Positions 27,330-39,420 are shown, counted from the first letter of the whole stretch. The stretch: DNA of 63,932 nucleotides, filler included, from Octopus bimaculoides (GCF_001194135.2; 6 parts of 6 records of this genome joined end to end with filler, not necessarily neighbours in it), one strand, 5' to 3'. Translations and numbers: made by a program. The notes: generated by a model not told the origin, from the letters alone.

Positions 27330-29377
27330 TCATACAAATGATATAGCGCTCGCGGTGGCGTTGGACGGAACAAAGACTGCGTTTCTGGAGACGGTCCCAA
27401 TAATCAAGACCGATCATGTCGTTTATCTCTGTTTTTCTTTTGTTATTGATCTCAGAAGTGCTTCGATTTTATATTTTGCTTCAAGTAGGTGGACCGCAGC
27501 GGACAATAGTATTCAAGGTGAGAACGGGCAAAAATAAAGAAGAGAAGGATAATGCTAGAGGCATGTGAAGAAAGTTCTGAGGATCCAGGAGGATGCCCTT
27601 CCGGACCATGTCGACTCTGCTACTTATGTGGGCACTTCAGCTTATGTTGGTGTCGACAGTTATTCTGAAGTCCCTAGTAGTGTTTAATGCCAAGAGGTTT
27701 TCGCCCGAGGAAAGAGAGTATGGTAGTTTAAGTGCAGCCTTTTACCGCAGTGGATTAATTCAAATCTATTCTCGTTTGACTGCATATTGCGTTTTTCTAC
27801 TTACTGGATAACAGCAAGTAGATCCGACTGGAGATTAGTCCAGTCTCCTACTCTTTCGAGGACCTTCATAAACTTAGAGTCATCCATGAAAATTCTAATG
27901 GTACTCTGTTTGATGACATCAAGGATGTCATTGATGTAAATAATGAAAAAGAGTCGGCCCAAGACAGTGCCTTGTGGGACTGCATTGGTGACTTCTGCTG
28001 AGCTTCATCGAACACCACCAGTCACCACATGCTGGGTTCTGATAATCAGAAATCATTCAGTACACGTTTATTGTTTCCATTGGAATTCAATATTGGATAG
28101 CTTCTTTAACAGGATGTGATGGTCAACCTTATCCTGTTAGATGACATCTGCATTGGCGCCCTCTCCCAAAGCCCTTAGGATATAATCGAAATGATACAGG
28201 AGCTGTGTTATGCTGACCCTGCCACTACGGAACCATGCTGATTGGGATTGTTACGTTCCAGGATGTGAGTTACTCGAGATCTTACCACACTCTCAAATAA
28301 TTTGACAATATGTGAGGTTCATGAGATTGGTCGGTGTTGTGGCAGACGCCCCCAGGTGAGAAGAGAGCTGGTCCACTCCTAATAAATAGTCGACTGATAC
28401 AGACAATATCAGTCAGCGAGTTACGCTGTTCGGGCCAGTCCCACAGAGACGACGAAATACGTCGTCATAGTGCGGGGCATAACAGTGACGACGAGGATTC
28501 GTAGCACACAGCCGCTGATATGTAGCAACGGGACATAAGAGTGGCGACGAGGATGCCTCCCACTGTGTAACGGTATCGTTATAACAGTGGTAACAAGGTT
28601 ATGAACGTTCGTAGGAGCATCAAAATGGAAGACCTACGTTCAAGAACAATGAAAAAAAGCTTGAAGGATTCGAACTCTAACACAGACTTGAACTTCACAG
28701 AGTGAAAAGTAATATACACAGAGTGAAAAACAATTCTGTGTGGAAGGAAAAAATAGTAAGTCCGTTTGAAGGATTTATAAGTCAGGTCACTATATGTAGT
28801 AGCGCTACAAGTAATAATGTAACCTTGGTACTACCTGCGGCATTTTGAAAAAAAAAAAAAAAAGAAACTATGGCTCTGTGTGGAAATAATACTAATACTA
28901 CTACTACTACTAATAATAATAATAAGTCCGTACGAAGGATTTTGTAATTTTGTGTGGAACAAAAAATAATTCTGGTTAGAAGAAAAAAAATGAAAAGGAA
29001 TTAATGATACATTTAAAGCGAGTCATACCAAAAGATTTCAAACGAAAGCAGATATCATCTGTTGAAATTGAAAACGAACCAGTTGCTAAGAAAGTTAAAT
29101 TGGACAAAGAAAGCGCAAGCCATTTTGTGACTGGGGAGACTAAACAAGACCTCCTTAAAAAGATTCCCGATGAAATGTCAATGGAAGTAACTAGTGAAGA
29201 ACACGTTGCAGAAAATTTTACAGTTAGAGAATCTGTGCTATCTGCTACAGGAAAAGGTCCTCCAACTGAGAATGCTTCGTTGAAGAATCGTTCTAATGCA
29301 AACACTTGAAAAGATAATGAACCTTTGCAGGTAACCAATTCAGTTTCTGCCGAGAAACTGGAAAAGTCGTAGAAATG

Positions 29378-29417
<40 letters not shown>

Positions 29418-30200
29418 NNNNNNNNNNAGAGAGAGAGAGAGAGAGAGAGAGAGTGAGAGAGAGAGAGATTTTAGAAAAAATGTAAATAAGAAGAAAAAGT
29501 AATGAAAATTTTTTAAATGTTGTGTTGTAAAAAGGAATCTCAAAGTCTTAAAGTGGAGAGGTGTTGTGGTGGACGCCCTCAGGTGAGAAGTGGGGGCTGG
29601 TTGTCTACTAAAATATATTGAACCGACACAGTCAGTGATGTTCGTGCCAGTCCTGCAGAGACGACGAAATACGTCGTCATAATGCGAGACATAACAGTCG
29701 GTAATCCACTGTCAAAGATTTGTTGCTCTTTTTGTAAACTGGGATAATCAACAGGGATAAGAAATTTTCAGGAATATGACCAGCGTCCAGTGAGTTCCTC
29801 CATAGAATAGCTTAAAGGGAATGCGAAATAGTGGCGGCGCTCCTTCAGGATTCTGGCGAGAAACCAGTCGGTTCATGCAGCTGGGTTGTTTGTTGATAGC
29901 TGCTCTGAAATGATTCACTGATGCTGGCTAGATTAACCATATTGGGAAAGTGGAGCACTATTGCTTCTGCAGAATCACAACCATATCTTCTTCAACACTA
30001 CGTACAGTGTTCATCTATCGCATATCCAACAAACGAAACAGCGATCTGTTGTTACGAGAGTAATAATTCATTGAGCTTTTGATTAATCCATTTTGTTATA
30101 AGCTTGCCAGTAATAGCTTCAATTGTCCATTTAAAACTTAGATCAGTTTGTAACAGCTAAAATAAGGTCAAATATCCTGAAATAGCATTTACAATGGCTT
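27330..30200 (-). mobile_element. CR1/L2-group LINE reverse transcriptase relic, split by the LTR element
   Basis: Decayed RT motifs WRNSLDAGHIPE..IIPVYKK..DYR|PIS*TSHIVKLFE, NQHG, VPQGTVLG..FIIYINDI..FMDDSK; many stops and frameshifts. Outer limits approximate. Confidence 0.85.
28335..29696 (+). mobile_element. Non-autonomous (internally deleted) LTR retrotransposon, Gypsy-like
   Basis: TG...CA LTRs at 28335-28484 and 29562-29696, 5-bp TSD GTCGG on both sides, PBS TGGCGACGAGGATG at 28542-28555, PPT AAAGTGGAGAGG directly before the 3' LTR. Confidence 0.88.
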
Positions 30201-30419
30201 TAATATCCAACTCCACTTAAACAAACAATATATTAATATCGTCAGAAGCAGAACAACGGGAAGTAAATCAATAAATATTTGAAAGAGTTATGTTCTCTGA
30301 ATCAATATTTAAATAAATTATTTTTCTATCGACATATATGCACGCATATGTACGCCCTCCCTTCGCGCGCACGTATGCACGTGAACACACAAATAGACAC
30401 TCGCACGCGCACACACACA

Positions 30420-30499
<80 letters not shown>

Positions 30500-30807
30500 C
30501 AAAATACACACACACAAAACACACACGCACACACACACATTTACTATATACTACGTATCTGTATATAAACATATGTAGCATATCTATCTATCTATCTATC
30601 TATCTATTTAGATATTACACACGCGCGCGCACTCACACACACACACACACACACATGTATACATATTGGATGGGCTTCTTTCAGTTTTCGCCTACCAAAT
30701 CCACTCACAAGGCTTTGGTGGGCAAGTGTCACACAGTGGAACTGAACCCGGAACCATGTGGTTGGTAAAGAAGCTACTTACCACACAGCCACACCTGCGC
30801 CTATATA

Positions 30808-30930
30808 CGAGGGGTGTATGAAAAGTTTGGGGCCATCAGGGCCTTTGAGCCTTGAAGTCTTGTACCATGTTTTTTTTTTCTTTCTTTTCCTTTTCCTTTT
30901 TGAGGTTCAAGACTTTTCATACGCCTCTCG
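30808..30930. mobile_element. Mariner-type MITE
   Basis: Imperfect TIRs TA|CGAGGGGTGTATGAAAAGTT and GACTTTTCATACGCCTCTCG, 123 bp apart. Confidence 0.6.
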
Positions 30931-31868
30931 AAACACGGAGTCGATAAAACAGAGGACAACTGATGAAGGGAATGCTATGTTCTTTATGTTGACTTCTTCT
31001 TTCTCTATTTCTTTCTTTCGTTATACGAAGAAAAAGTTCGATTTCCATGTTTTTGTTTAAGTTCTCGTTTCTCATTTTGTTGACATTTTTGGACGTCCTG
31101 TACCCGTATATGCATGTAACTATGCATATGTATGTAGGTATGTACCTATAAATTATCGTTTGAATGGAGACAATACGGGTGGAAAACCATAGGAATAATA
31201 CCCCATCTCCAACAAAAGATTTAATATACATGTGTGTGCATATCATCCTTGAATCAATAGTTATACACAATTCTCAGTGGCGAAAATACCAAAAATGAAA
31301 TAAAAGTACACAGGCATATAAAAACACATAAACATCAAAAATATAATGAATGTTTAAAAATATTCCTAATTTTAAAATATTTAAAAATATTCCTAATTTC
31401 CAAGCCATATGAAAATATTAATCAACATAAGACGATGTAATACGATACATGAACCTTCGGTATGATATAAAATATAGTGAATAAATATATACGATATGAT
31501 ATCACAAAATTTATATGTATTATATTATAAGAACGTGTACAATACAGAAAATAGATGTATATACACTATAACGAGGAAAAAAAAACAAAACTAAAATAAA
31601 ACATGCACAACACAGGATAATATTCAAAGTCAGCATCTACGGGTCGTTTCAGAGATGTGTCTTATAATATGTTATAGTACTCATATTTGGAGAAAACTAG
31701 ACACTCCCTTCCTCAGGATGTTCAATCTCACAAAAAAACCTATAGTGACACAAAACAATATATTAACATACAGAATTATATACAATTCAGATCCAAAAGA
31801 TTTCCTACATTACATGATGTTGCCATTACCTCCAATGCAACAATGCAAGATGATATATATATATATAT

Positions 31869-32339
31869 ATAAAGTGAAGTATATTTGCCACTTAAATGTG
31901 GCTGACCCCGAGGGGTGGATGTTACTGTTGCTTTTAGCCCCAGGAGGACATCTCCTCCAGCTGGCTATCGACACACTTCTGTGTCCTCTCTGTATTTGCC
32001 AAGGGAAGTTATCCTTCCCATCTTGGTCTACGATACGTACGTACTCGAGTTTCAGGGTTATTTCCCTTCTTCGGCGTACGACAATCGCCGACCTTCGATG
32101 CAAAAGGCATCCCTTGGCAAATAATATATAAGTTTTTCCAGTGAAATTATTCACTGATATCGAAAAACTGAAAACAAGCAATGTTAAATCTCTGAACGAG
32201 GTATTAACAGTAACTGCACGATAAAGTGAAGTATATTTGCCACTTAAATGTGGCTGACCCCGAGGGGTGGATGTTACTGTTGCTTTTAGCCCCAGGAGGA
32301 CATCTCCTCCAGCTGGCTATCGACACACTTCTGTGTCCT
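31869..32339 (-). mobile_element. Retrozyme-like element: 352-bp unit plus identical 119-bp terminal redundancy
   Basis: 31869-31987 is identical to 32221-32339. The unit contains the hammerhead motif and many hairpins. Confidence 0.55.
32036..32080 (-). ncRNA. Type I hammerhead ribozyme motif with U4C change
   Basis: CGTACG CCGAAGA AGGG aaataa CCCT GAAA CTCGAGTA CGTACG. 6-bp stem I, 4-bp stem II, palindromic stem III ACTCGAGT, GUA triplet. Confidence 0.65.
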
Positions 32340-34104
32340 TCGGTCACCAATGACTCGTAGAAGACGCCAGCAGACGTAAGCTGTGCAGCTTGGTCAATAA
32401 ATTATCACAAATAAGATTCTATGTTGAAATTGTCTTTCCATTTGTGACATGCACCGAGGAAAACTGAGAATTAAAAAGGGAAAATATTTCGTATCTTTGT
32501 CTGTTGTTGGTGCAAGGGACCTGCTGTCGGAATATTTTAAGATATAATGTAAAGATGTAAGCAAAAAGGAAGATCTCATACAAGAACCATTCTACGAAGT
32601 GGAATGTTGTTGAATGTAAGACAAGTAAGATTATTACATTTATTGAATATGCGACTAAACCACCATTTATAGGGTTTATCTCTAAACAATAAAGGTGATG
32701 GTGGTGGAGAGTGGAGAGAGCCCTTAAAAAGGACCAAAAAATTAGCAGTAGTAAGACAGCGGTAAAGCTGTAATTTGACTATGAATATAATAATGAGCTT
32801 AGTGATTATAAGGCAAAAGTGCGGAGCCTTGCTGAACAAACCCACAAGAAGAGAAAAAAGGCAAATGTCAAGTAAAGAAAGAGAGAAATGATGAAAGCTA
32901 GAAGTACAAAGCACCGTAAACAGAACAAAGGAGAAAAAGACAAAGAGATATAAATAGAAAAGATGCACGGTCATGTCAAAAGTAGTGTTTGTAAATTCAT
33001 TTTTAATCTTTTTATTTTGGGAAAAGTTGATTTCATATGAAATCGTCCGGTTCCTTAATTCATATTGCTGTATCACTATAGTAACCTGTGCACCGTAGTG
33101 GTTAAAACGACAAAATAGTGAAGATAAGGATAAAAAAGAGAAAGTCATAAAGACAAAACGGTGACTACGTACGTGAGGTGTAGTGCAGAGGAATTTCATG
33201 AAACATGGACATTTCAACATTGGTTGTGCCAAATGAACTTCTAAAAGCTGATATGGCTCTAATTCGCATTAATGGACACCTCAGGCTATCAAATGTCACA
33301 AGATTGCCTTCATCATCTCATCGCCGTTCGATAGATAAAAGAAAGGAATTATTGAAAAATTTCCTGATGGAAGCAAATTTATTGCTTTCAAGGGAAATAA
33401 CTCTTACTTAAAATTCTTGATTTATCTCCCTTGAAACTTTTCATGTTATTTCGCACCACTTTTTTTTTTTTGCTCTTCTATTAATAATTGATTTTATCGT
33501 AATTTGTTGCAGGTCGCCGGGCAACGTGAACTAAAGATATGGAAACCCTTTTTCGGTAGTTAGTAACAGCACGACACCAAATTCTGTCTATTTTTCAAGA
33601 GCAGTCACAACTAATTTCTTTTGAAGACTTCACTGAAGCCAGATGTCAGTTTACCTGGAAAGAAACAATGCAGTTCTTAATAAGAAGGGTTGCAATTAAT
33701 ACATGCATCATTTCAGAGACTCCATTACCACACCTTCATGGTCGACCCGTGAACTTTTCATCACCACTCCCCATACGAACAGGCAAAACACACAGCTTGT
33801 GTATTGCGTGTTCGATATTCTTTACATCCTTCCAGCTGCTTTTAACTCATATTTGAATTTCCCCCGTCGCTTGAAACGTCGGGACATAACACCAAATGGT
33901 CTTACACCATTTTACTATAGTCATAGACAGTGCTTTAGCTTGCATCGGGACTCGTTTCGGGTACACGGTATTCACAAGTCACAAAGATAACGAAACATCG
34001 ATGTCTGTCGCTCCTCAATAAGGTGTGAAGTGAGTATACTCTCTTACACCTATAAGCGCAGTCTACCCACGAACTAGCAAAACACATATCTTGTGTATGT
34101 GCGT

Positions 34105-34495
34105 TCTCTTTTACTCTTTTACTTGTTTCAGTCATTTAACCGCGGCCATGCTGGAGCACTGCCTTTAGTCGAGCAAATCGACCCCAGGACTTATTCTTTT
34201 GAAACCTAGTATTTATTCTATCAGTCTCTTTTGCCGAACCGCTAACTTACGGGGACGTAAACACTCCACCATCAATTGTCAAGCGATGCTGGAGGGGGCA
34301 AACACAGACACACAAACATACACACACATACATATATAAAACGGGCTTCTTTCAGTTTCCGTCTACCAAATCCACTCACAAGGCTTTGGTCGGCCCGAGG
34401 CTATAGTAGAAGACACTTGCTCAAGGTGCCACACAGTGGGAATGAACCCGGGACCATGTGTCTGGTAAGCAATCTACTTACCACACAGCCACTCA
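34105..34495 (-). mobile_element. SINE family B, full length, with central microsatellite; other copies at about 1703-1930, 3651-3900, 18380-18690, 30669-30795, 41147-41227, 43077-43445, 49522-49563, 51137-51250, 59342-59710
   Basis: Shared GTGGCTGTGTGGTAAG...CACCTTGGGCAAGTGTCTTCTACTATAGCC...GAAAGAAGCCC + (TA/TG)n + ...GACTGAAACAAGTAAAAGAG. Confidence 0.9.
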
Positions 34496-34533
34496 TGCAC
34501 CTATAAAACAGCAATACATGTGAGAGTGACTTG

Positions 34534-34606
34534 AGACCACGACGAGATTCGAACTCGCAATCTTCTGATTCGAAGTGAGACGCCTTATCCATTAGGCCAC
34601 GCAGTT
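34534..34606 (-). tRNA. tRNA-Arg(TCG), probably degenerate or pseudogene
   Basis: 73 nt AACTGCGTGGCCTAATGGATAAGGCGTCTCACTTCGAATCAGAAGATTGCGAGTTCGAATCTCGTCGTGGTCT. A and B boxes intact, anticodon TCG, but A1-C72 and an anticodon-stem C-C mismatch. Confidence 0.8.
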
Positions 34607-34619
34607 CGATACATTTGTC

Positions 34620-35235
34620 GACTTTTACGATGGCTGAAACAAAGGAACAGTGTGCTTCCGTGAAATTCTGTTGTCACAGTTGTCACGCTTCAAAGATGCA
34701 GCCATGAACAAAACACAAGTTAACGAATTGTTCCCACGTTTTAGAAACGGTTACTTGTCGCTTGAAGACCAAGCTCGTTCATGGAGAACGTTGTCTTCCC
34801 GAACGAAAGAAAACATCATGAAAATTCATCAAGTGATCTTGGAGTATCGTCACGAAACAATTGACGAACTTGTTGATATGACTGGTGTGTCCTGGAGTTC
34901 GGAATTGCAAATGAAAAGAGTTGGAAAAGAGTTGCAGCAAAAACAGTCACGACTGAATGCATGTTGTGATATGAAAGATCAGTTAGAAGTTCGTGCGGAA
35001 CAGATGTAGAAGAGGTGAAAAAAACCAAAAAAAAAAAAAAAAAAAAAACCGATGGAGGCATTAAAAGGCACCACGTGACAAGACTTCCAGCTCTGTTTAG
35101 AACCGTGGAAAACGCGTCTGGACAGATGCATTGCTTGAAACGGAGAATACTTTGAAGGCGATAAAAGTGTAAACATAAAACTAAGTGAATAAAATGACAT
35201 TCGAAATTTTGGTTCCTTTGAGGTACCCCCTCGTG
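34620..35235 (+). mobile_element. Mariner transposon relic (internally deleted)
   Basis: HTH region AMNKTQVNELF.RFRNG..SLEDQARS..ENIMKIHQVILE..TIDEL. Right TIR ending ...GTACCCCCTCGTG followed by TA. Confidence 0.85.
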
Positions 35236-35329
35236 TATACACACGGACACACACACACAGACACACACACACACACACACAGACACACACATATATATAT
35301 ATATATATACATGGTTGGCTAGTGATGTG

Positions 35330-36090
35330 AACCACATACCCCATCCAATTAATAGAAAAATACAATGTAAACTTTTCTGGGCTATAATAAACTCGGTTAT
35401 CCCGTATCAAGGCCAACACTCTATTTGTGGACTCTATTTAAAAGAAGCCCTCAGAATTTTAACCCACAATTTCTTAATAAACAAAACGAAACCTTTGCTA
35501 CGTGTAAGCAGTAAATTCTTCCGCACTTTTAAATTGTTTCTGAAATCTATATGTAAGTTCACTCCACCACAAATAGCACTCACATATAGACCCTATGATC
35601 ATTAACACACACTTCTATATCTCTTCTATCGCTCATATATCTCTATACCTCTACCTTATATCTTACATCTCTTCTATCTACCTTACCTCATCACTTTATG
35701 AGATAAGTATTAATTCTTTAATTTAACCTTAATTTATTTTTAAACCTTAATCCAATAAATCCCCTAATACCTAATTCTAACTCCCACTCATAAATAATTT
35801 AACGTTCAACTATTTCTTCCATTCTCGTCTACCTACACACCCATAACCCCATTACTAAAAATAAATCTACAGCCACTGACCTTAGCCAAAACAGACACAA
35901 GTATTTACTACTAGATTCCCCCCCCCCAACACCTATAAACAGGAAGACTACCACATACACCTACTACTTTCTTTACATTCCTTTCTTTTTGCTCTATTTT
36001 GTTTATTCTTCAACGCTATCTTCCTCTACCTCCCCATCCCCTCTCTTATCTTCTCGGCTACCCCTGTGCACAATATTCTTAGACACCATA
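35330..36090 (+). mobile_element. Probable LINE 3' fragment (ORF2 tail plus C-rich 3' UTR)
   Basis: 96-aa ORF with KLFWAIINSVIP followed by strongly C/T-skewed sequence; family not certain. Confidence 0.35.
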
Positions 36091-36099
36091 TGCCTATAC

Positions 36100-37880
36100 T
36101 ACCATCGCTTCGTCTCACATAAATCCTATCGGTGTCGCTGTTCATGTGAATGTTGCCATTGGTGATTCATACCTTTCCGGTTTTGATGTCCAAGCTGCGT
36201 GTTTCCTCAAGTGTCTAATCCGATATCCCAAATGTTGCAATTTGAGACATGGTCTTCGTAAATGCAGTTACACATTTTCCGAATTCTACAGAAGTACTCT
36301 TTTGTTATAATGGCTTTAGTCACAACACCAACTTATGCAACATTCTCGATTCCGAGGTACTTGTAACTTCCATCATTAGAAATGGGGCAGATTGACAAGC
36401 CGTTGATTTACATTTTCTGTGTCTGGTCGACAGTCTTTCCTCATTTGACTCTCATGTATGGGCATTTAACTTGTCCAAACTCTGTTCCTATATCTCGTGA
36501 GCATGTTGCGACTAGTTCTAATTGTTTCTTCATATTGGTCATTTAACCAGAATATAACTTTGAGTCATCAACAGAATATATGCGTGTGACATTATTTTTA
36601 TTTTCTTTTGCACACCCCAGCAGGTAGCCATAGCATTTTCTAAACAGGGTTCACAAGGAATTCATTGCCAGTACAAACAACATTACAGATAAACTATAAT
36701 CCTGGAATAAACTTGTTGGTAGCTTCATCCTGCTTCTAACAATAGGTGTTTCATCAATAGTTGTCAGTGATGACTGTGTGGACCTTGTTGTGGTCAGTTT
36801 TCCAATGACGTTCACTCCAGCAGCTGGTACTTTGGCAAGGTGTATTGATTTTAACATCCTTGAGTGAGGCATAGAGTCGAATGCCTTCTCGTGTTCTAGT
36901 AACATAGTTAAGAGATTATGGTGATGGTGCTTGACTTCCTTAAAGACAGAGGAGATGTCCAGCACAACCCCAACTTTCTTTCCTTCTGCCTCTTCATTAG
37001 TTATCACAACACTTGTTTACCAGTAGTCTTGGAGAAACATGCAGACAGCCTATGTACAGTTTGTACATAACATTCAAGCACACTACGGGTCTATAGTTTT
37101 TGGTCACATGGATCTATTTGTTCTTGGGGATAATAGAAGTCCGTGCTGCCGTCAGCCAATCTGGTGCATTTAGTTCAGCGTCCATTGTTTTTTTAAACAG
37201 ATTGGCAAAAATGTCCCTGAGAACGTGAGGTTTTTGTACTTCTGGTCTACTATCATGTCTCTCTCAGGTGCATTTCCATTCGGCAGTTTTACAATAACCA
37301 TCAGATGTGTCTCACTAGTGGTGTTATACGTTTAGCGAAGGCATTTACACAATACTCACTTCCTGGGACGTCAACCAAGCCGCATCCCAGTCGTGCTCTT
37401 TCTTTACAATCCCGATTCCCCACTGGAATGACTCTTCTCGCGGAGAAGCATTTGCTACCTTGATGCTATCACCTTTCATACTGCGATATACAGCTTGTGG
37501 GTTTCGGACAAACTAACTTCGACAAACTAACTTCGACACAAGCTGCGATTTTAGTATTTTATATTCCTTACTTGTTTTTGTGGCATCATAAGTAGTTGCC
37601 GTATGTCCGTGTAGTGGTGGCAGTTTGTTGTTGTTGTGTTTGTCTTGGTCGTGTTCCTTGTCTTTCAAATTCGCTTCGTGGAAAAAAAAACACACTTTTC
37701 TGTGTTGTTAATACGAATATTATCATTTGTGCATTTTGGTGGAGTGATTCTGTTCGGTATGATGACATATTTCTTCTCAACAAATGCAACATTCTGGCCT
37801 AATTGTTTTCCTGATACATTTGAGACTGTTGGGTTTTTCTTATCCCCAAATTCTTTAAGCCTCTTCATGTATCCTATCGA
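36100..37880 (-). mobile_element. R4/Dong-clade LINE relic, second and more decayed copy
   Basis: MKRLKEFGDKKNPT..KQLGQN, EKAFDSMPHS, LFQDYSLSVMLFVLAMNSL, HMNSDTDRIYVRRSDG. Confidence 0.75.
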
Positions 37881-38008
37881 GGGACCTACTCCAAGCCTTT
37901 CAGTAGAACAAGTATAGGTCTTGGTTTAGGTCAAAGATTCACAAAACCAAGTTAAAAAAATTCATGTATGTATGTTTGTATGTATGTATGTATGTATGTA
38001 TGTATGTA

Positions 38009-38065
<57 letters not shown>

Positions 38066-38800
38066 TCACAAATATCCGAGGTGGGATAAGATTTTGTGAT
38101 AGGTATCCTTTTTCCAGAGTTTCTTTCGTTGTTCATGATGTCGGGGAAAGCATGAACGTTACAATATCACATCCTTTTTCTGGCTAAAGTCAACAGGTCT
38201 GTTCACTCGTCGATTACGGATGTCGGTTTTTCAGGTGAGATTAACCCTTTCACTATAATTGTCACATTAATCTCCCGGTAACTCATCAAACTCTCATTAT
38301 CAAACAAATCTCTCTTTAACACATTAATCTTTCTTATGTTATTGATCTTATTAGCCTCTTATGATCGTATTAGTTTTCTAGTATCCCTGAAATGAACAGA
38401 ATTGACAACATATCCTATTTAACCCGTTCCTCACATTTCACCAGCGCTAGGAAACTATTAAGACATTTGCATCGTCTTTAGCAATTTAATATACTTTCAT
38501 TAATGTTTTTCTATCAAGTTAAATGCAAAGAAAAAAAGCAATCAAACAAAATAAAGCAGGTAAAATTGAGAGAAACCTCAGCAAATATTCTGTTCGTGTC
38601 GTTCCTTTTCTTCGTCTTGTAGTCCTAGAAATTCTTTCCCATGTTACATATTGTAAACAGTGAATGGCAGTAAGAATTACTGAAGGTATTTTTGGCTGTA
38701 GATAATTTAATTGCATAAAGTACAGGAAATAATTCTTTGAATCTAACGTGAATACTTCAAATTTTAATACCGTTCCATCATCCCACAATTCTCTCTGTCC

Positions 38801-38856
<56 letters not shown>

Positions 38857-39026
38857 AACCAACAACAACAAAACCAACAACACAACCACTTACACAAACA
38901 AACACAGATCCACACGACATGCCCCTGCCCCCTTCCGATTCCTCGGAACCTTCGTCGGAAGACGAAAGTAATGAGGACTGGCAAATAGTCCAGAAAGGAA
39001 GGAGGAAGAGGAGCAAGAAAAGAAAA
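38857..39026 (+). mobile_element. LINE ORF1-like fragment
   Basis: MPLPPSDSSEPSSEDESNEDWQIVQKGRRKRSKKR from 38919; the WQxV-basic motif is typical of LINE ORF1. Follows (CTAT)n and is cut by a linker. Confidence 0.45.
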
Positions 39027-39126
39027 NNNNNNNNNNNNNNNNNNNNNNNNNNNNNNNNNNNNNNNNNNNNTTAATTAATTAANNNNNNNNNNNNNNNNNN
39101 NNNNNNNNNNNNNNNNNNNNNNNNNN

Positions 39127-39162
<36 letters not shown>

Positions 39163-39277
39163 ACACAGCTAGGTTTTGAACCTAAAACAGTAAGACAATT
39201 ATTTCTCTCTTTTTCTCTCTCTCCAACTCTCTTTACATCTCTCTCTGTCTACTGCTTTCTCTCTCTCTCTCTCTTAC

Positions 39278-39420
39278 CAGAGCAACGGAGGGGTCCAGAT
39301 GATTCAACTTCATACGGGAAGCATGGCAACAGTGGTAAGATTCATCTCCTGTGGTGTTTGTCGACCCAATGTCGACAACAGGTTGGGTGGTGTGTGGGTC
39401 AAGGTAGATCAGTTCATCCT
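39278..39420 (-). CDS. ATG4B: ATG4 internal exon with catalytic Asp/His
   Basis: tatttcag|AG GAT GAA ... GCT CTG|gtaaga. 143 bp, EDELIYLDPHTTQPVVDIGSTNTTGDESYHCCHASRMKLNHLDPSVAL, containing the YLDPH motif. Confidence 0.96.

Noticed and set aside
28335-28600. Short spaced repeats resembling a CRISPR array
   Set aside because: Eukaryotic context, no cas genes and non-identical repeats; explained as LTR end and PBS cassettes.
32576-33232. 218-aa minus-strand ORF and an HMG-box-like phrase (YNNELSDYKAK) on the plus strand
   Set aside because: The ORF is F/L-rich antisense of A-rich DNA; the plus frame has several stops and wrong helix spacing.
33985-34010. GAAACATCGATGTC, hammerhead stem III-like palindrome
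   Set aside because: No upstream CUGANGA core or stem II.
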